A DNA stretch of 47,115 nucleotides, taken from the NCBI GenBank assembly GCA_051003155.1, contig JBPCLO010000004.1, forward strand, positions 1 to 47,115, written 5' to 3'. The notes beneath the pieces were generated by a model. It ran no database searches. It saw only the letters and a list, made by a program, of their open reading frames with translations, and was not told the DNA's origin. This document shows, piece by piece, positions 1-10,816 of this stretch. A program made the position numbers and the translations under genes. This DNA is from Fimbriimonadales bacterium. Its GTDB lineage: Bacteria > Armatimonadota > Fimbriimonadia > Fimbriimonadales > ATM1. The number at the start of each line of letters is the position of its first letter. Position 1 is the stretch's first letter.

Positions 1-101
1 TCGCCGCGAGCCAGACTCATCGTCATTTGCCTCGAAAAAGAAACGTCGCCAGGAAACACCGCGGTATTCTCGTCGAGCGGCTTCGAGATATCGATAATCA
101 T
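1..101 (-). CDS. kynB: Kynurenine formamidase / cyclase family protein, N-terminus only (runs off the window)
   Basis: Manual translation from ATG at 101 gives MIIDISKPLDENTAVFPGDVSFSRQ, the cyclase-family N-terminal motif; TGATG overlap with the kynureninase stop. Confidence 0.8.
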   Translation of the reverse strand, partial: MIIDISKPLDENTAVFPGDVSFSRQMTMSLARG

Positions 102-1284
102 CAGGTCACCCTTAGTCTATTTCCTGCGTGCCTCATGTGAGCGCGAGAAGACAGCATCTCATCGACTTCGTCGAAAAACCGCTGAATTTCCTCATCGGAT
201 GTATAAAAATGGGGGCTAACACGCACGCCGGACTTGGGACGATAATCTACGAGCACTCCGCGCGCGATCAATTCTTGGCTGATTTCATATGCATCCGGCA
301 AGTCGAACGCCACGGTGCCGCCACGCGACGCCGGATCCTCCGGCGCGGTCGTATGCCATCCGCGGCTCGCGGCCATCTGGATCATCATGAACGTCTGCCT
401 CTTCGAATTATTTCGAATATTGTCGACCCCGATTTCGGTTACGATTTTCAAACCTGGCCGAGTTGCGTAGAGCCCGGGGATATTAGGGGTGCCGTTCATA
501 AACCGATAGGCTCCATCGTCATAAATATGGTCATTCACAATAAATTCGAAAGGCCGCTGGTCGGCGATCCACCCCGTCAAGCGAGGTTGGAGGGCAGGCG
601 CTAAATCGGGTCGTACATACAGAAAAGCGTTGCCAGGGCCTCCACAAAGCCATTTGAGCGTGCCACCGACCGCAAAATCCACGCCCCATTTTTCAAGCTC
701 CAAGGGAACCACGCCGGCCGACTGATATAGATCGAGCACGAGAAAGGCTCCGACCTTTCGGCATTTCTCTGCGATCGCCTCCGCATCCTGAATAAACGCG
801 GATCTAAATAGAACGTGCGAGACGGGGACCAGGAGCGTTTCGTCGTCGATGGCGTTGAGCAATTCATTCAGGTCGACCGAGATTCCGTCGTGCGTGGGCA
901 CCGTGCAAACGCGCCCCCCAACGATTCCTGTGCCTTATAAAAATAGCTCACGCTCGGAAAACACATCTCTGAATAAACGACTTTGTTCCGCACGCCGCCG
1001 AAGTCGAAACACGAAGCTACGGTAGCCTCGGCGCTGGTCACGTTGAGATGCATGCTCACCGATCCGGGGGCAGCCCCGACAAGCGGCGCAATTTCGTCGC
1101 CGACCTCCCTTGGCAGGTCCCACCAATGCTGCCATGCCCTAACCCCTGCGGTGGACCAGGCGTCGGTATATTCGCGTAAGGCTTCGGCTGCGCCGCGCGG
1201 CATTGCGCCGAGCGAGTTACTTATCAGGTATGTCGAACTTCCGAGGATTGGAAACTCTTTGCGCAGCGCCCGGAGGTCGTCCAT
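101..1284 (-). CDS. kynU: Kynureninase (class V PLP enzyme), split by a 1-nt frameshift at about 914-919
   Basis: ORF 868-1293 (YLISNSLGAMP) and ORF 101-901 (LDLYQSAG, GGTLKWLCGGPG, VRVSPHFY) are two halves of one protein; adjacent to kynB. Confidence 0.8.
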
Positions 1285-1509
1285 TGTCGCCATTATACAG
1301 AGACTTGGGGGTAACTCCCCTATTCGCCCCCTTTGCGTCAGGAGTAAATCTTAAGCCCTAGTTGTAAATGGCCACCAAGGCCAGAAGTTAATATTGTGAG
1401 CCACTGAAACCTCAACAATGACTTGCCAGAGCTACCAATTGTTTATTCTGGACACCTAAAGCGAACGCCGCCTGCGCGACAGGCGTTTTTACGTACAGAG
1501 GTGAAATTG

Positions 1510-1968
1510 ATGCGAGTAGACGAAATCATGACGAAGGATTTGGCGTGCTGTACGCCTAAAACGACCCTTCCCGAGGCCGCCAGAATGATGGCGCAGAACG
1601 ATTGCGGCGCCCTGCCGGTCGTCGACACCCCGGAGACGATGCAGATCACCGGAATTATCACGGATCGGGATATTGCTTGCCGCGGGATGCTCCAAGAGCG
1701 TAACCCGCTCGACCTCAAGGTCAGCGATTGTATGACGCCGACGGTGGAGACTATTCGGCAGCACGCAGACGTTCGTGACGCCGAGCGCCTGATGAAAGAG
1801 CACCAAGTTCGGCGCATACCCGTGGTCGATGCGGATGCGAAATGCTGTGGAATCGTGTCGCAAGCCGACATTGCGCTGAACGCGCCCGATCAAGAAACCG
1901 CCCAAGTATTGAAAGAAGTGTCCCAACCCGTTCGGCAAGTGCCGGCCCACACTTCGAGGGTTACTTAG
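1510..1968 (+). CDS. CBS domain pair protein
   Basis: MRVDEIMT...CGALPVV...GIITDRDI...VRRIPVVD...GIVSQADI tandem CBS motifs; start taken at ATG 1510. Confidence 0.9.
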   Translation: MRVDEIMTKDLACCTPKTTLPEAARMMAQNDCGALPVVDTPETMQITGIITDRDIACRGMLQERNPLDLKVSDCMTPTVETIRQHADVRDAERLMKEHQVRRIPVVDADAKCCGIVSQADIALNAPDQETAQVLKEVSQPVRQVPAHTSRVT

Positions 1969-2725
1969 CTCGGCGCGCTAGGAGCAACAGCCAAACAATG
2001 CCCAGCAGGATCATCACCACGGCGGCGATTTGTCCGTCGGGCAGGGCGAGGCCGACGCTCGACGTCGAAGAATAGCCCGCGCGAAAGAACTCATAGGCGA
2101 ACCGCGATACTCCGTATAGAAGGAAGAACAGTGCGGCATATTGCCCCACCTTGTGGGTGGAGAACGTCCGTTTCTCGTACCAAAGAAGAAACGCGGCGCC
2201 TGCGAAGGCCATTAGGGTGTCGTAGAGTTGCGCGGGGTGGCCGAGGTAATTCGAGCCCTCTTCCGGATGCACCGTCACGGCCCAAGGCAGTTCGCAGGGC
2301 CCGCCATAGCAACAGCCATTGAGAAAGCAGCCGATTCTACCGAAACCGTGCATGATTAGTGCCGGAGCGGCGAGTAGGTCGAGCGCGGCAACCATCGAAA
2401 CCTTTGTTCGCGCTGCCCAAATCCAGGTCGCGAGGAGCCCGAAAAGTATGCCGCCGTAGCTCGTCATTCCCCCTTCGGTGACCTTGAGAATCTCGCCCGG
2501 GTTCTTCGAGTAGAAGCCCCATTCCTGAACAACCCAGCCGATTCGCGCGCCGACCACACCGGCAATGAGGGCGAAAATCGCCAGGTTGGACAGCTGGTCT
2601 TTAGTTATTCCATACTTCTCGGTGCGCTTGGAAGCGAGCCAGTACCCGGCCAGGAAACCGATGATAAGCATGACCCCGAAGCTGCGGATCGGGAAGCCGC
2701 CAATACGAAAGAGTTCGGGGAGCAT
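1961..2725 (-). CDS. lgt: Prolipoprotein diacylglyceryl transferase
   Basis: GARIGWV, GGMTSYGG, GRIGCFLNGCCYG, HPAQLY and RFAYEFFR motifs; multiple TM helices. Confidence 0.93.
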   Translation of the reverse strand: MLPELFRIGGFPIRSFGVMLIIGFLAGYWLASKRTEKYGITKDQLSNLAIFALIAGVVGARIGWVVQEWGFYSKNPGEILKVTEGGMTSYGGILFGLLATWIWAARTKVSMVAALDLLAAPALIMHGFGRIGCFLNGCCYGGPCELPWAVTVHPEEGSNYLGHPAQLYDTLMAFAGAAFLLWYEKRTFSTHKVGQYAALFFLLYGVSRFAYEFFRAGYSSTSSVGLALPDGQIAAVVMILLGIVWLLLLARRAK

Positions 2726-2800
2726 GGATTGTCGAACAGTTTACATGCAGACCAATAGAGCCGATTAGACTTCTTCGTCCTATTGGACCTCTAAGCCCTA

Positions 2801-2830
2801 TTGACAAACCGCGCGCCGAAAACCCATAAT
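2801..2830 (+). promoter_or_regulatory. Sigma70-type promoter of groESL
   Basis: TTGACA (2801-2806), 18-nt spacer, CATAAT (2825-2830). Confidence 0.75.
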
Positions 2831-2856
2831 TAGCACTCAAGAGCCGCGAGTGCTAA
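2830..2856 (+). promoter_or_regulatory. CIRCE element (HrcA operator)
   Basis: Perfect TTAGCACTC-N9-GAGTGCTAA upstream of groES. Confidence 0.97.
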
Positions 2857-2898
2857 CACTCGCAGGCCTATACTGATAGGAGGATCGAAAATCGATTG

Positions 2899-3186
2899 AT
2901 GAAGCTTAGACCGCTTAGTGATAAAGTAGTCATTGAAGTTCTCGAAGAAGAGGACAAGTCGCCCGGTGGCCTGTATTTGCCGGATTCGGCCAAGAAGAAG
3001 CCCCAGCAGGGCAAGATCATAGCCGTTGGCACAGGCAAAGTCTTGGACGACGGCAAGCGTGCCCCGCTGTCCGTGAAAGTGGGAGACAAGGTTCTCTTCT
3101 CCAAGTACGGCGGCAACGAAGTCCAGCTTGACGGCACGGACTACACCATCCTCGACGAGGATCAGATTTACGCGATTATCAACTAA
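2899..3186 (+). CDS. groES: Co-chaperonin GroES
   Basis: [11 protein letters not shown]...[10 protein letters not shown]...[14 protein letters not shown]. Confidence 0.98.
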   Translation: MKLRPLSDKVVIEVLEEEDKSPGGLYLPDSAKKKPQQGKIIAVGTGKVLDDGKRAPLSVKVGDKVLFSKYGGNEVQLDGTDYTILDEDQIYAIIN

Positions 3187-4848
<1,662 letters not shown>

Positions 4849-4948
4849 GTCTCAGCCCGGGTTGACAGAAAAGATCATTGCAATCCTTTACCTAACACCT
4901 GCTCGGTCCTCGAGCAGAATGACGTAAGTAAGATTCTAAGGAGATCAC

Positions 4949-5452
4949 ATGGACACCGAACAACTAGAAATGATGGGCACCAAACCGGTCAAGGAGCACG
5001 AGTGGCTCCAGAAATTAGTGGGCGAATGGCGCACCGAGACCGAAATGTCGATGGGGGCGGACCAGCCCAAGCAGAGATCCACCGGCACCGAAACCGTACA
5101 GAACCTGGGCGGGCTGTGGGCGTTCGCCGAAGGAAAGTCCACGATGCCGGACGGCTCCGGAATGGAGTACAAGGTCGCGCTCGGCTACGACGTCTCGTTC
5201 AAAGAGTACCGTGGCTGCTGGTTCGCCTCGATGTCCTCGCACCTTTGGAAATACGTGGGCGAGCTCAGCGCCGATGGCAGAACCATGACCCTCAACTGTA
5301 AGGGGCCGCACATGGAGAAAGACGGTGAAACCGCCAACTATCGCGACGTGATCGAGATGATCGACGACAACCACCGGACCCTAACCTCGTCAGGACAAGG
5401 CGACGACGGCAGCTGGCAGCAATTCATGAAAGTGCAGTACACGCGGGTTTAG
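4949..5452 (+). CDS. DUF1579-like protein
   Basis: EHEWLQKLVGEW...LGYD...YRGCWFASM...YRDVIE pattern; RBS AAGGAG. Confidence 0.75.
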   Translation: MDTEQLEMMGTKPVKEHEWLQKLVGEWRTETEMSMGADQPKQRSTGTETVQNLGGLWAFAEGKSTMPDGSGMEYKVALGYDVSFKEYRGCWFASMSSHLWKYVGELSADGRTMTLNCKGPHMEKDGETANYRDVIEMIDDNHRTLTSSGQGDDGSWQQFMKVQYTRV

Positions 5453-5465
5453 CCGCCTGGTGATA

Positions 5466-5497
5466 GGGCCTGTAGGACGCATATGTCCTATGGGCCC
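5466..5497. terminator. 13-bp stem-loop between convergent genes (terminator or REP-like)
   Basis: GGGCCTGTAGGAC-gcatat-GTCCTATGGGCCC. Confidence 0.6.
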
Positions 5498-5512
5498 ACT
5501 AGTCTCAAAGGG

Positions 5513-5992
5513 CTAGTCGGTTTCCCCGATCAAGTAGATCATGAAGCCGCCGGTTATAACGTCGAGCACTCCGAGAATAACCAGAAGCAGAGCCCATCCG
5601 CCTAATGCGACCGTGCCGAGCAGGCCGATCCAAATCGCGAAGAGGCCGCCCAGGATCCTGAGGAAACTGAGAATGTTCACGATTCCGCGAACCCAACTGT
5701 GCGCGCAGCAACAGGCCGACCCCAATCAGTATCCACAAGCCCCGATGAGCGCCGTAAGGGTTGACGGCGTACTCGCACTCAATCCGCTCACTAAGTCAAA
5801 TACTCCATCGAGAATCCAGTAGAGGGACACCACATTGTAAGCCAGCGGCACCCACTTGGGTCGTCCGTACGGTTGAGAATCCGCGTACGCGCCACCCGGA
5901 GGACGTGGTATGCCTGAAAGGTCCGCCTGGCAGAATTGGCAAACTCTGATGCCGGCCGGAAGCGTGGCCCCGCATTTCGGACACTTCAGCAT
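5513..5992 (-). CDS. Zinc-ribbon membrane protein of about 160 aa, broken by two single-base indels
   Basis: MLKCPKC...CQFC N-terminus; hydrophobic helices continue across three frames (ORFs 5726-6064, 5505-5738, 5513-5725). Confidence 0.65.
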
Positions 5993-6111
5993 GCTCTCTC
6001 TCCCAATGAAGTTAACCCCGGAACCCACCAATAAGTTGCGGGAGATTACTGCCGCGACACCCAAAATCGAACCTCCACAATGAGAACTGGCTGAACAGTA
6101 GGAAAACCGCG

Positions 6112-6164
6112 GCAGTCCGCAGTCGTCAGTCGCTCTTTAGTGTGCAGTCTCTAGTCTGCAGTCT
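6112..6164. repeat. Heptamer tandem repeats (consensus GCAGTCN)
   Basis: gcagtcc-gcagtcg-tcagtcg (6112-6132) and gcagtct-ctagtct-gcagtct (6144-6164). Confidence 0.6.
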
Positions 6165-6174
6165 GTGGGCCAAG

Positions 6175-6214
6175 AAAATTAACCCTTGACAAATTTTGTG
6201 AACTATGGTTAAAT
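6175..6214 (+). promoter_or_regulatory. Promoter and probable DtxR/MntR-family operator of the feo operon
   Basis: TTGACA (6186-6191)-N17-TTAAAT (6209-6214); AT-rich dyad AAAATT-aacccttgaca-AATTTT overlaps the -35. Confidence 0.6.
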
Positions 6215-6221
6215 GTAGGGC

Positions 6222-6635
6222 GTGACTGAAGCGGTTCAAGACTATGTGAAGGCGATCTACCTACTTAGCCAGGAGGGTCAGGTGGCGAATACGAAGGCAC
6301 TAGCCAAGCAGCTGGGCAATAGCCAGCCTGCTATTAGCAAGATGCTCAAGCTGCTGGCCGAGCGCGGCTGTGTTGACCACACCCCGTATTACGGCGCCCG
6401 CTTGACCGCGTCTGGCGAGGCTGTGGCGCTCGAGGTCATTCGACATCACCGCCTAATCGAGCGGTATTTGATGGACCACCTCGGATTCTCCGAAGACGAG
6501 GTCCACGACCAAGCCGAAAGGCTGGAGCACCACATCAGCGAAGAATTCGAAGACCGCATCGCCGAACTGATGGGGCACCCGGAGACCTGCCCGCACGGCA
6601 AGCCGATTCCGCCGAAAAGGATGATCGCAAGTTGA
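6222..6635 (+). CDS. DtxR/MntR family metal-dependent transcriptional regulator
   Basis: DYVKAIY, IRHHRLIERYL, AERLEHHIS and CPHGKPIP motifs. Confidence 0.93.
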   Translation: MTEAVQDYVKAIYLLSQEGQVANTKALAKQLGNSQPAISKMLKLLAERGCVDHTPYYGARLTASGEAVALEVIRHHRLIERYLMDHLGFSEDEVHDQAERLEHHISEEFEDRIAELMGHPETCPHGKPIPPKRMIAS

Positions 6636-6856
6636 CACTCGCCGACCTCCTGCCGGGTCAAACAGCAAAGGTGATAACGGTCTTGTGCAGAGGCCTCACC
6701 CGCCGACGCCTGCTGGACCTCGGGCTGGTGCCAGGAACCATAGTTGAGGCCGTCATGAAGAGCCCACTGGCCGACCCGGTCGCATTCGATATCCGTGGCG
6801 CTCTCATTGCTCTGAGGCGGGAGGACGCCGAACAGGTGGCGACAGAACATGCCTGA
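6632..6856 (+). CDS. feoA: FeoA domain (possibly the frameshifted C-terminal domain of the DtxR gene)
   Basis: RRRLLDLGLVPGT...SPLADPV...IRGALIALRREDA. Confidence 0.85.
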   Translation: MTLADLLPGQTAKVITVLCRGLTRRRLLDLGLVPGTIVEAVMKSPLADPVAFDIRGALIALRREDAEQVATEHA

Positions 6857-7628
6857 AAAACACAACGAATTCGATATCGATCGCGAGAAATTCGACCATG
6901 TCATCGCGCTCGCCGGCAACCCGAACACGGGCAAGAGCACCGTGTTCAACGCTTTCACCGGCCTTCGCCAGCACACGGGCAACTGGCCCGGCAAGACCGT
7001 TGCGCGCGCGGAAGGCACCCTGCGCTTCAACGGCAAGAGGTTCAAACTAATCGACCTGCCCGGCACCTATTCCCTACTCTCGACGGCTGTGGACGAGGAG
7101 ATCGCGCGCGACTTCGTGCTTTTCGGACGGCCGGATACAACCGTTGTAGTCGTCGACGCGACTAACATCGAACGCAACCTTAACCTGGTACTCCAAATCC
7201 TCGAAATCACCGACCGCGTAGTTGTGTGTCTCAACTTGATGGATGAAGCCGATCGCCGTGGCATCGTCGTCGACCACGAACAGCTCGCGAAGGACCTCGG
7301 CGTTCCCGTAATCCCATGCGTGGCGCGCACAAAGAAGGGCCTCCCGGAACTTGCGGCCGTTATAGAAGGCGTCGCCTCGGGCGAAATCGTAACGTGTCCG
7401 AGGCGGATCGCCACGAGCGCTGAAGTCGACGCCGCGCTCGATGAGCTTGTACCTGCGATCACCAAGGACCTACCCGGGCTACCGAACGCCCGCTGGGTCG
7501 CGATGCGCTTGCTGGACGGCGATGAGCGCGTTGCCGAAGCCGTGCGTTCGGGCGAGCTGCGCAAATGGCTTGAAAGGGCCAAGAAAGGCGGCCTCGACCG
7601 CCTTACCCCTCAGGAGGCAACATCGTGA
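6849..7628 (+). CDS. feoB: FeoB N-terminal GTPase part
   Basis: GNPNTGKS, GNWPGKTV, DLPGTYSL and NLMDEA G-protein motifs. Confidence 0.93.
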   Translation: MPEKHNEFDIDREKFDHVIALAGNPNTGKSTVFNAFTGLRQHTGNWPGKTVARAEGTLRFNGKRFKLIDLPGTYSLLSTAVDEEIARDFVLFGRPDTTVVVVDATNIERNLNLVLQILEITDRVVVCLNLMDEADRRGIVVDHEQLAKDLGVPVIPCVARTKKGLPELAAVIEGVASGEIVTCPRRIATSAEVDAALDELVPAITKDLPGLPNARWVAMRLLDGDERVAEAVRSGELRKWLERAKKGGLDRLTPQEATS

Positions 7629-9001
7629 GCGCCGCCGAAGCCCTTCTAAGCAAAGCGTCCGAACTTCGCGTTAAGCTGGGCGGCTCGGTGCACGACCAAC
7701 TTGTAGCCGACATTTATGCCGACGCCGCGGCGCTTACCGACTCCTCGGTCACGCTCACCGGCAAGCGATACGAGTGGGATCGCAAAATCGACAAGGTTCT
7801 CACTTCCAAGATCTGGGCCTTCCCGATCATGCTCGGAATCCTTGCGATGGTGTTCTGGCTCACCATCAAAGGTGCAAATGTCCCTTCGGCCATGATCGCC
7901 GACGGCCTCTTTTGGATCGAGGACCAGCTTGCCTATCTTTTCGTTAGCATCGGCGCTCCCACGTGGCTCGAAGGGCTCCTCGTGCACGGCGTCTGGCGCG
8001 GCGTTGCATGGGTTGCGGCCGTCATGCTTCCGCCGATGGCGATTTTCTTCCCCGCCTTCACGCTGCTCGAAGACATGGGCTACCTGCCGCGCGTGGCATT
8101 CAACATGGACCGCCTGTTCAAGAAAGCGGGCGCGCATGGCAAGCAGGCTCTGACCCACACCATGGGTTTCGGTTGCAACGCTGCCGGGGTCATCGCGACG
8201 CGCATCATCGATTCGCCTCGCGAGCGGCTGATCGCGATCCTTACCAACAATTTCGCACCTTGCAACGGCCGCTGGCCCACGCTGATCATGCTCGCGACGG
8301 TGTTCGTTGCCGCGGCATTCCCGCCCAACGTCGGCGCGGCGGTGGCGGCATCGACTCTGGTCGGGATCGTCGTTTTCGGAATCCTCGTTGCGCTGCTGGT
8401 CGCCGGCATGCTTTCGCGCACGGTCTTGAAAGGCGAATCGTCGGCGTTCACATTGGAGCTGCCGCCCTACCGCAGGCCGCAGTTCTTCCGCGTTCTCTAC
8501 ACGTCGATCATCGACCGGACGCTATTCGTCCTCTGGCGAGCGCTGATTTGGGCTGCTCCCTGCGGCGCGGTGGCCTGGCTTTTGGGAAGCATCTACGTGG
8601 GCGACGTGAGTCTCATGGCGCACGCTTCCGGTTTTCTCGACCCGCTCGGACATGCGATCGGCCTCGACGGCGTGATCCTGCTCGCCTACATCATCGCGAT
8701 CCCGGCCAACGAGATCGTTGTCCCGACCATCCTCATGGCGTACATGAACGTCGACCGGATGATCGAGATCGACAACATGGTGGAGCTCAAGCACCTTTTG
8801 GTGGTCGAGCATAACTGGACGATCCTGACCGCAGTGTGCCTGATGCTGTTCTCGCTCTTGCACAATCCATGCTCGACGACTCTCTGGACGATCTACAAGG
8901 AGACGGGCAGCAAGAAATGGACCTGGGTGGCCGCGCTGCTTCCCCTAGCCATCGCGTTCGCCGTCTGCTTCGTGGTCGCGCAAGTCGCTCGTCTGTTCTG
9001 A
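7625..9001 (+). CDS. feoB: FeoB membrane (gate) part
   Basis: LLEDMGYLPRVAF, MGFGCNAAG, PCNGRWP, LELPPYRRP and HNPCSTT; own RBS (AGGAGG) and GTGA overlap. Confidence 0.93.
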   Translation: MSAAEALLSKASELRVKLGGSVHDQLVADIYADAAALTDSSVTLTGKRYEWDRKIDKVLTSKIWAFPIMLGILAMVFWLTIKGANVPSAMIADGLFWIEDQLAYLFVSIGAPTWLEGLLVHGVWRGVAWVAAVMLPPMAIFFPAFTLLEDMGYLPRVAFNMDRLFKKAGAHGKQALTHTMGFGCNAAGVIATRIIDSPRERLIAILTNNFAPCNGRWPTLIMLATVFVAAAFPPNVGAAVAASTLVGIVVFGILVALLVAGMLSRTVLKGESSAFTLELPPYRRPQFFRVLYTSIIDRTLFVLWRALIWAAPCGAVAWLLGSIYVGDVSLMAHASGFLDPLGHAIGLDGVILLAYIIAIPANEIVVPTILMAYMNVDRMIEIDNMVELKHLLVVEHNWTILTAVCLMLFSLLHNPCSTTLWTIYKETGSKKWTWVAALLPLAIAFAVCFVVAQVARLF

Positions 9002-9451
9002 CGGGTGAAACGACTGCGAGTGATGCCGCTTCATCGTTGATTATTGTTTCCCTGGTTTTTGTCGCCTTTTCGTCGTGAGCACGGGGAGATGCGGCCAGTT
9101 CGATTGAGGCTAGATCTTCCCGAACTTCCTGGTCTTTTCCTTTGGCTGTATTTCGGGAAGTTGCTCCGCTTTAGGAAGTTTCCGCAACGGGTTTGCTGGT
9201 CCATCCAAGCACTCGCTCAATTCGGCGGGCTTCCGGACCAACTCTTAGCGGCACGACCAGTATCACTTCGGGAATCCGCAGCGGCGATAGTAAACCGCAG
9301 TATGCGATTTCGGTTCTTGCCACTTGCGATCCTCTTCACCCTTGGAGACCACACGGTATGGAACCCCATTGCCTCACCATTGCGACGCCCGTCCACGGTC
9401 AGATTCCCTCGAACGGACTCAGCATTCGAAAGCGGTTCACGCGAATCTGGC

Positions 9452-9538
9452 CGTGCCACCCGGGGAGAGCTTCACGCCGTCGAGGGCACCCGCGCGTGCC
9501 ACCGAAGGAGAGGCCTCACGCCACCCAGGGCACCCGCG
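9452..9538. repeat. Imperfect 43/44-bp tandem repeat, REP-like
   Basis: cgtgccacc...gagag...tcacgcc...agggcacccgcg twice (9452-9494 and 9495-9538). Confidence 0.75.
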
Positions 9539-9540
9539 CG

Positions 9541-9594
9541 ATTGCGGTCCTTCGCGTCGTAGCCGAATGTCTGCGTTCCACCCTGGCTCGGGAC
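9541..9594 (-). pseudogene. RHS/YD-repeat fragment
   Basis: Translates as VPSQGGTQTFGYDAKDRN, matching a YD-repeat unit; very short. Confidence 0.4.
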
Positions 9595-9619
9595 TGCGGG
9601 CACGCGCGCTCGAGCATTG

Positions 9620-9667
9620 TTCGTGAGCATGCCCGGGCTCGTCGATGGTTGCGCGCGAATTGCTCAT
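9620..9667 (-). pseudogene. Possible N-terminal remnant of a REP-associated tyrosine transposase (RAYT)
   Basis: MSNSRATIDEPGHAHE resembles the xxEPGHAHELTFSC start of one RAYT group; TAGAAT upstream; only 16 codons. Confidence 0.35.
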
Positions 9668-9845
9668 CTCCGCAGAGATTCTACGCTATTGAAAGTCGTC
9701 GTGGGCAAGCTAACGACAGCACAAGCTAACGAAACCAGGTGTACGCTTGCCATGAGCACCCAGAAACTCATCCTTCGATATCGAGGCGGGCCACCCCGTC
9801 CGCTCGCGATAATGCCTTAGGAAGCGAACCGGCTGAAAGGCTTGA

Positions 9846-10349
9846 TCATTTCCTATAGGGCCAATCTTTTGGAAGGTGGCCGACGGTGATCAGATAAAAC
9901 TCCCGACCTGCAAGGGAAGGTGGTCGGACCCTCTCGGTGTGTGGATCGATCTCGTCCAAGAGACTCTGAACGGTTTTGTACTTTTCGAACCATGGCCAAA
10001 CCTGGTCCTCGAAATACGCCAACAAGACTTTCCTCCGCAGTTCAACGGCAATGTCGTTTTCCATGTCCATCGCGGCTTGTACGGGCATATATGTGGTATC
10101 GGACTGCATGGTTACATGACGATAGTCACTTTGGTACGGCCGCCCCATAGCTTGCTGAGGGTGGACTCGCAAGGTGAGACACGGGCCCACGATGAGCAAT
10201 GGTCTGATCGAATGATGAGCCAGATCAACGCTCTGATGTAACTCAGGAAGAATACGCCACGCCCAGATCCCCGATGCGTGAAATCCTTTCAAACGCCAAT
10301 ACGAGCGGAATGCCTGCCTCACACTCCTGATGGAGTCCGCGGTTTGCAT
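9846..10349 (-). CDS. Putative immunity protein (DUF4304-like), 167 aa
   Basis: Start MQTADS overlaps the toxin ORF end by 31 nt; LKGF...WRILPE and VWPWFEKYKTVQSLL segments; lower GC than flanks. Confidence 0.55.
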   Translation of the reverse strand: MQTADSIRSVRQAFRSYWRLKGFHASGIWAWRILPELHQSVDLAHHSIRPLLIVGPCLTLRVHPQQAMGRPYQSDYRHVTMQSDTTYMPVQAAMDMENDIAVELRRKVLLAYFEDQVWPWFEKYKTVQSLLDEIDPHTERVRPPSLAGREFYLITVGHLPKDWPYRK

Positions 10350-10816
10350 CCGTGAGGCATTGCCCAATGGAATATATCGGGAACAGTGTCCCAAAAGTCG
10401 GGAGCCCACGGCACCGGATAGGGGACAAGTTCATGCGGAATGCCCGATTCTTCCTCATACTTGCCTACCTGAGAGAGACCCTTACCCACACCGGAGTGTG
10501 AGCCCGGCTTCAACTCCAGATCCGGCCCGCCAGTCGTAGATGTCAGATCCGGTCGAAGCTTTGAGCCCCGCAACGGTTCCTCCGCTTTGAATCCCCCCGA
10601 CTCTTCCATTCCTTTTTCGATGACATTGTGAGCAGCCTTACCAAACCTTGCTTTGCCCATGGGCTGATCAAGGCATTCGTCAATAGCGTTAACAACCCCC
10701 CGCATCCCCCGGCCGGCTGCACCGCCGCCGCCGGCATTGGCGCCGACGACGAGGTACTCAACCCCGTTCGAGTTCAACGAATCGATAAACTCTTTCAAAT
10801 TCTTCCGAACGGCCAT
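10319..10816 (-). CDS. Chimeric ORF: nucleotidyltransferase N-terminus (28 aa) fused to a PD-(D/E)XK restriction-endonuclease-fold toxin (Tox-REase-9-like)
   Basis: MAVRKNLKEFIDSLNSNGVEYLVVGANA, a Gly-rich linker, then GKAAH...LRPDL...LELKP...GxxQxxKY...ELVPY. Confidence 0.65.
   Translation of the reverse strand: MAVRKNLKEFIDSLNSNGVEYLVVGANAGGGGAAGRGMRGVVNAIDECLDQPMGKARFGKAAHNVIEKGMEESGGFKAEEPLRGSKLRPDLTSTTGGPDLELKPGSHSGVGKGLSQVGKYEEESGIPHELVPYPVPWAPDFWDTVPDIFHWAMPHGCKPRTPSGV

Noticed and set aside
9452..9538. Tandem repeat as a CRISPR array
   Set aside because: Only two adjacent imperfect units, no unique spacers and no cas genes
9044..9729. Plus-strand ORFs of 172 and 178 aa after feoB
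   Set aside because: No recognisable motifs or RBS, Arg/Pro/Ser-rich composition, and they overlap repeats; probably non-coding
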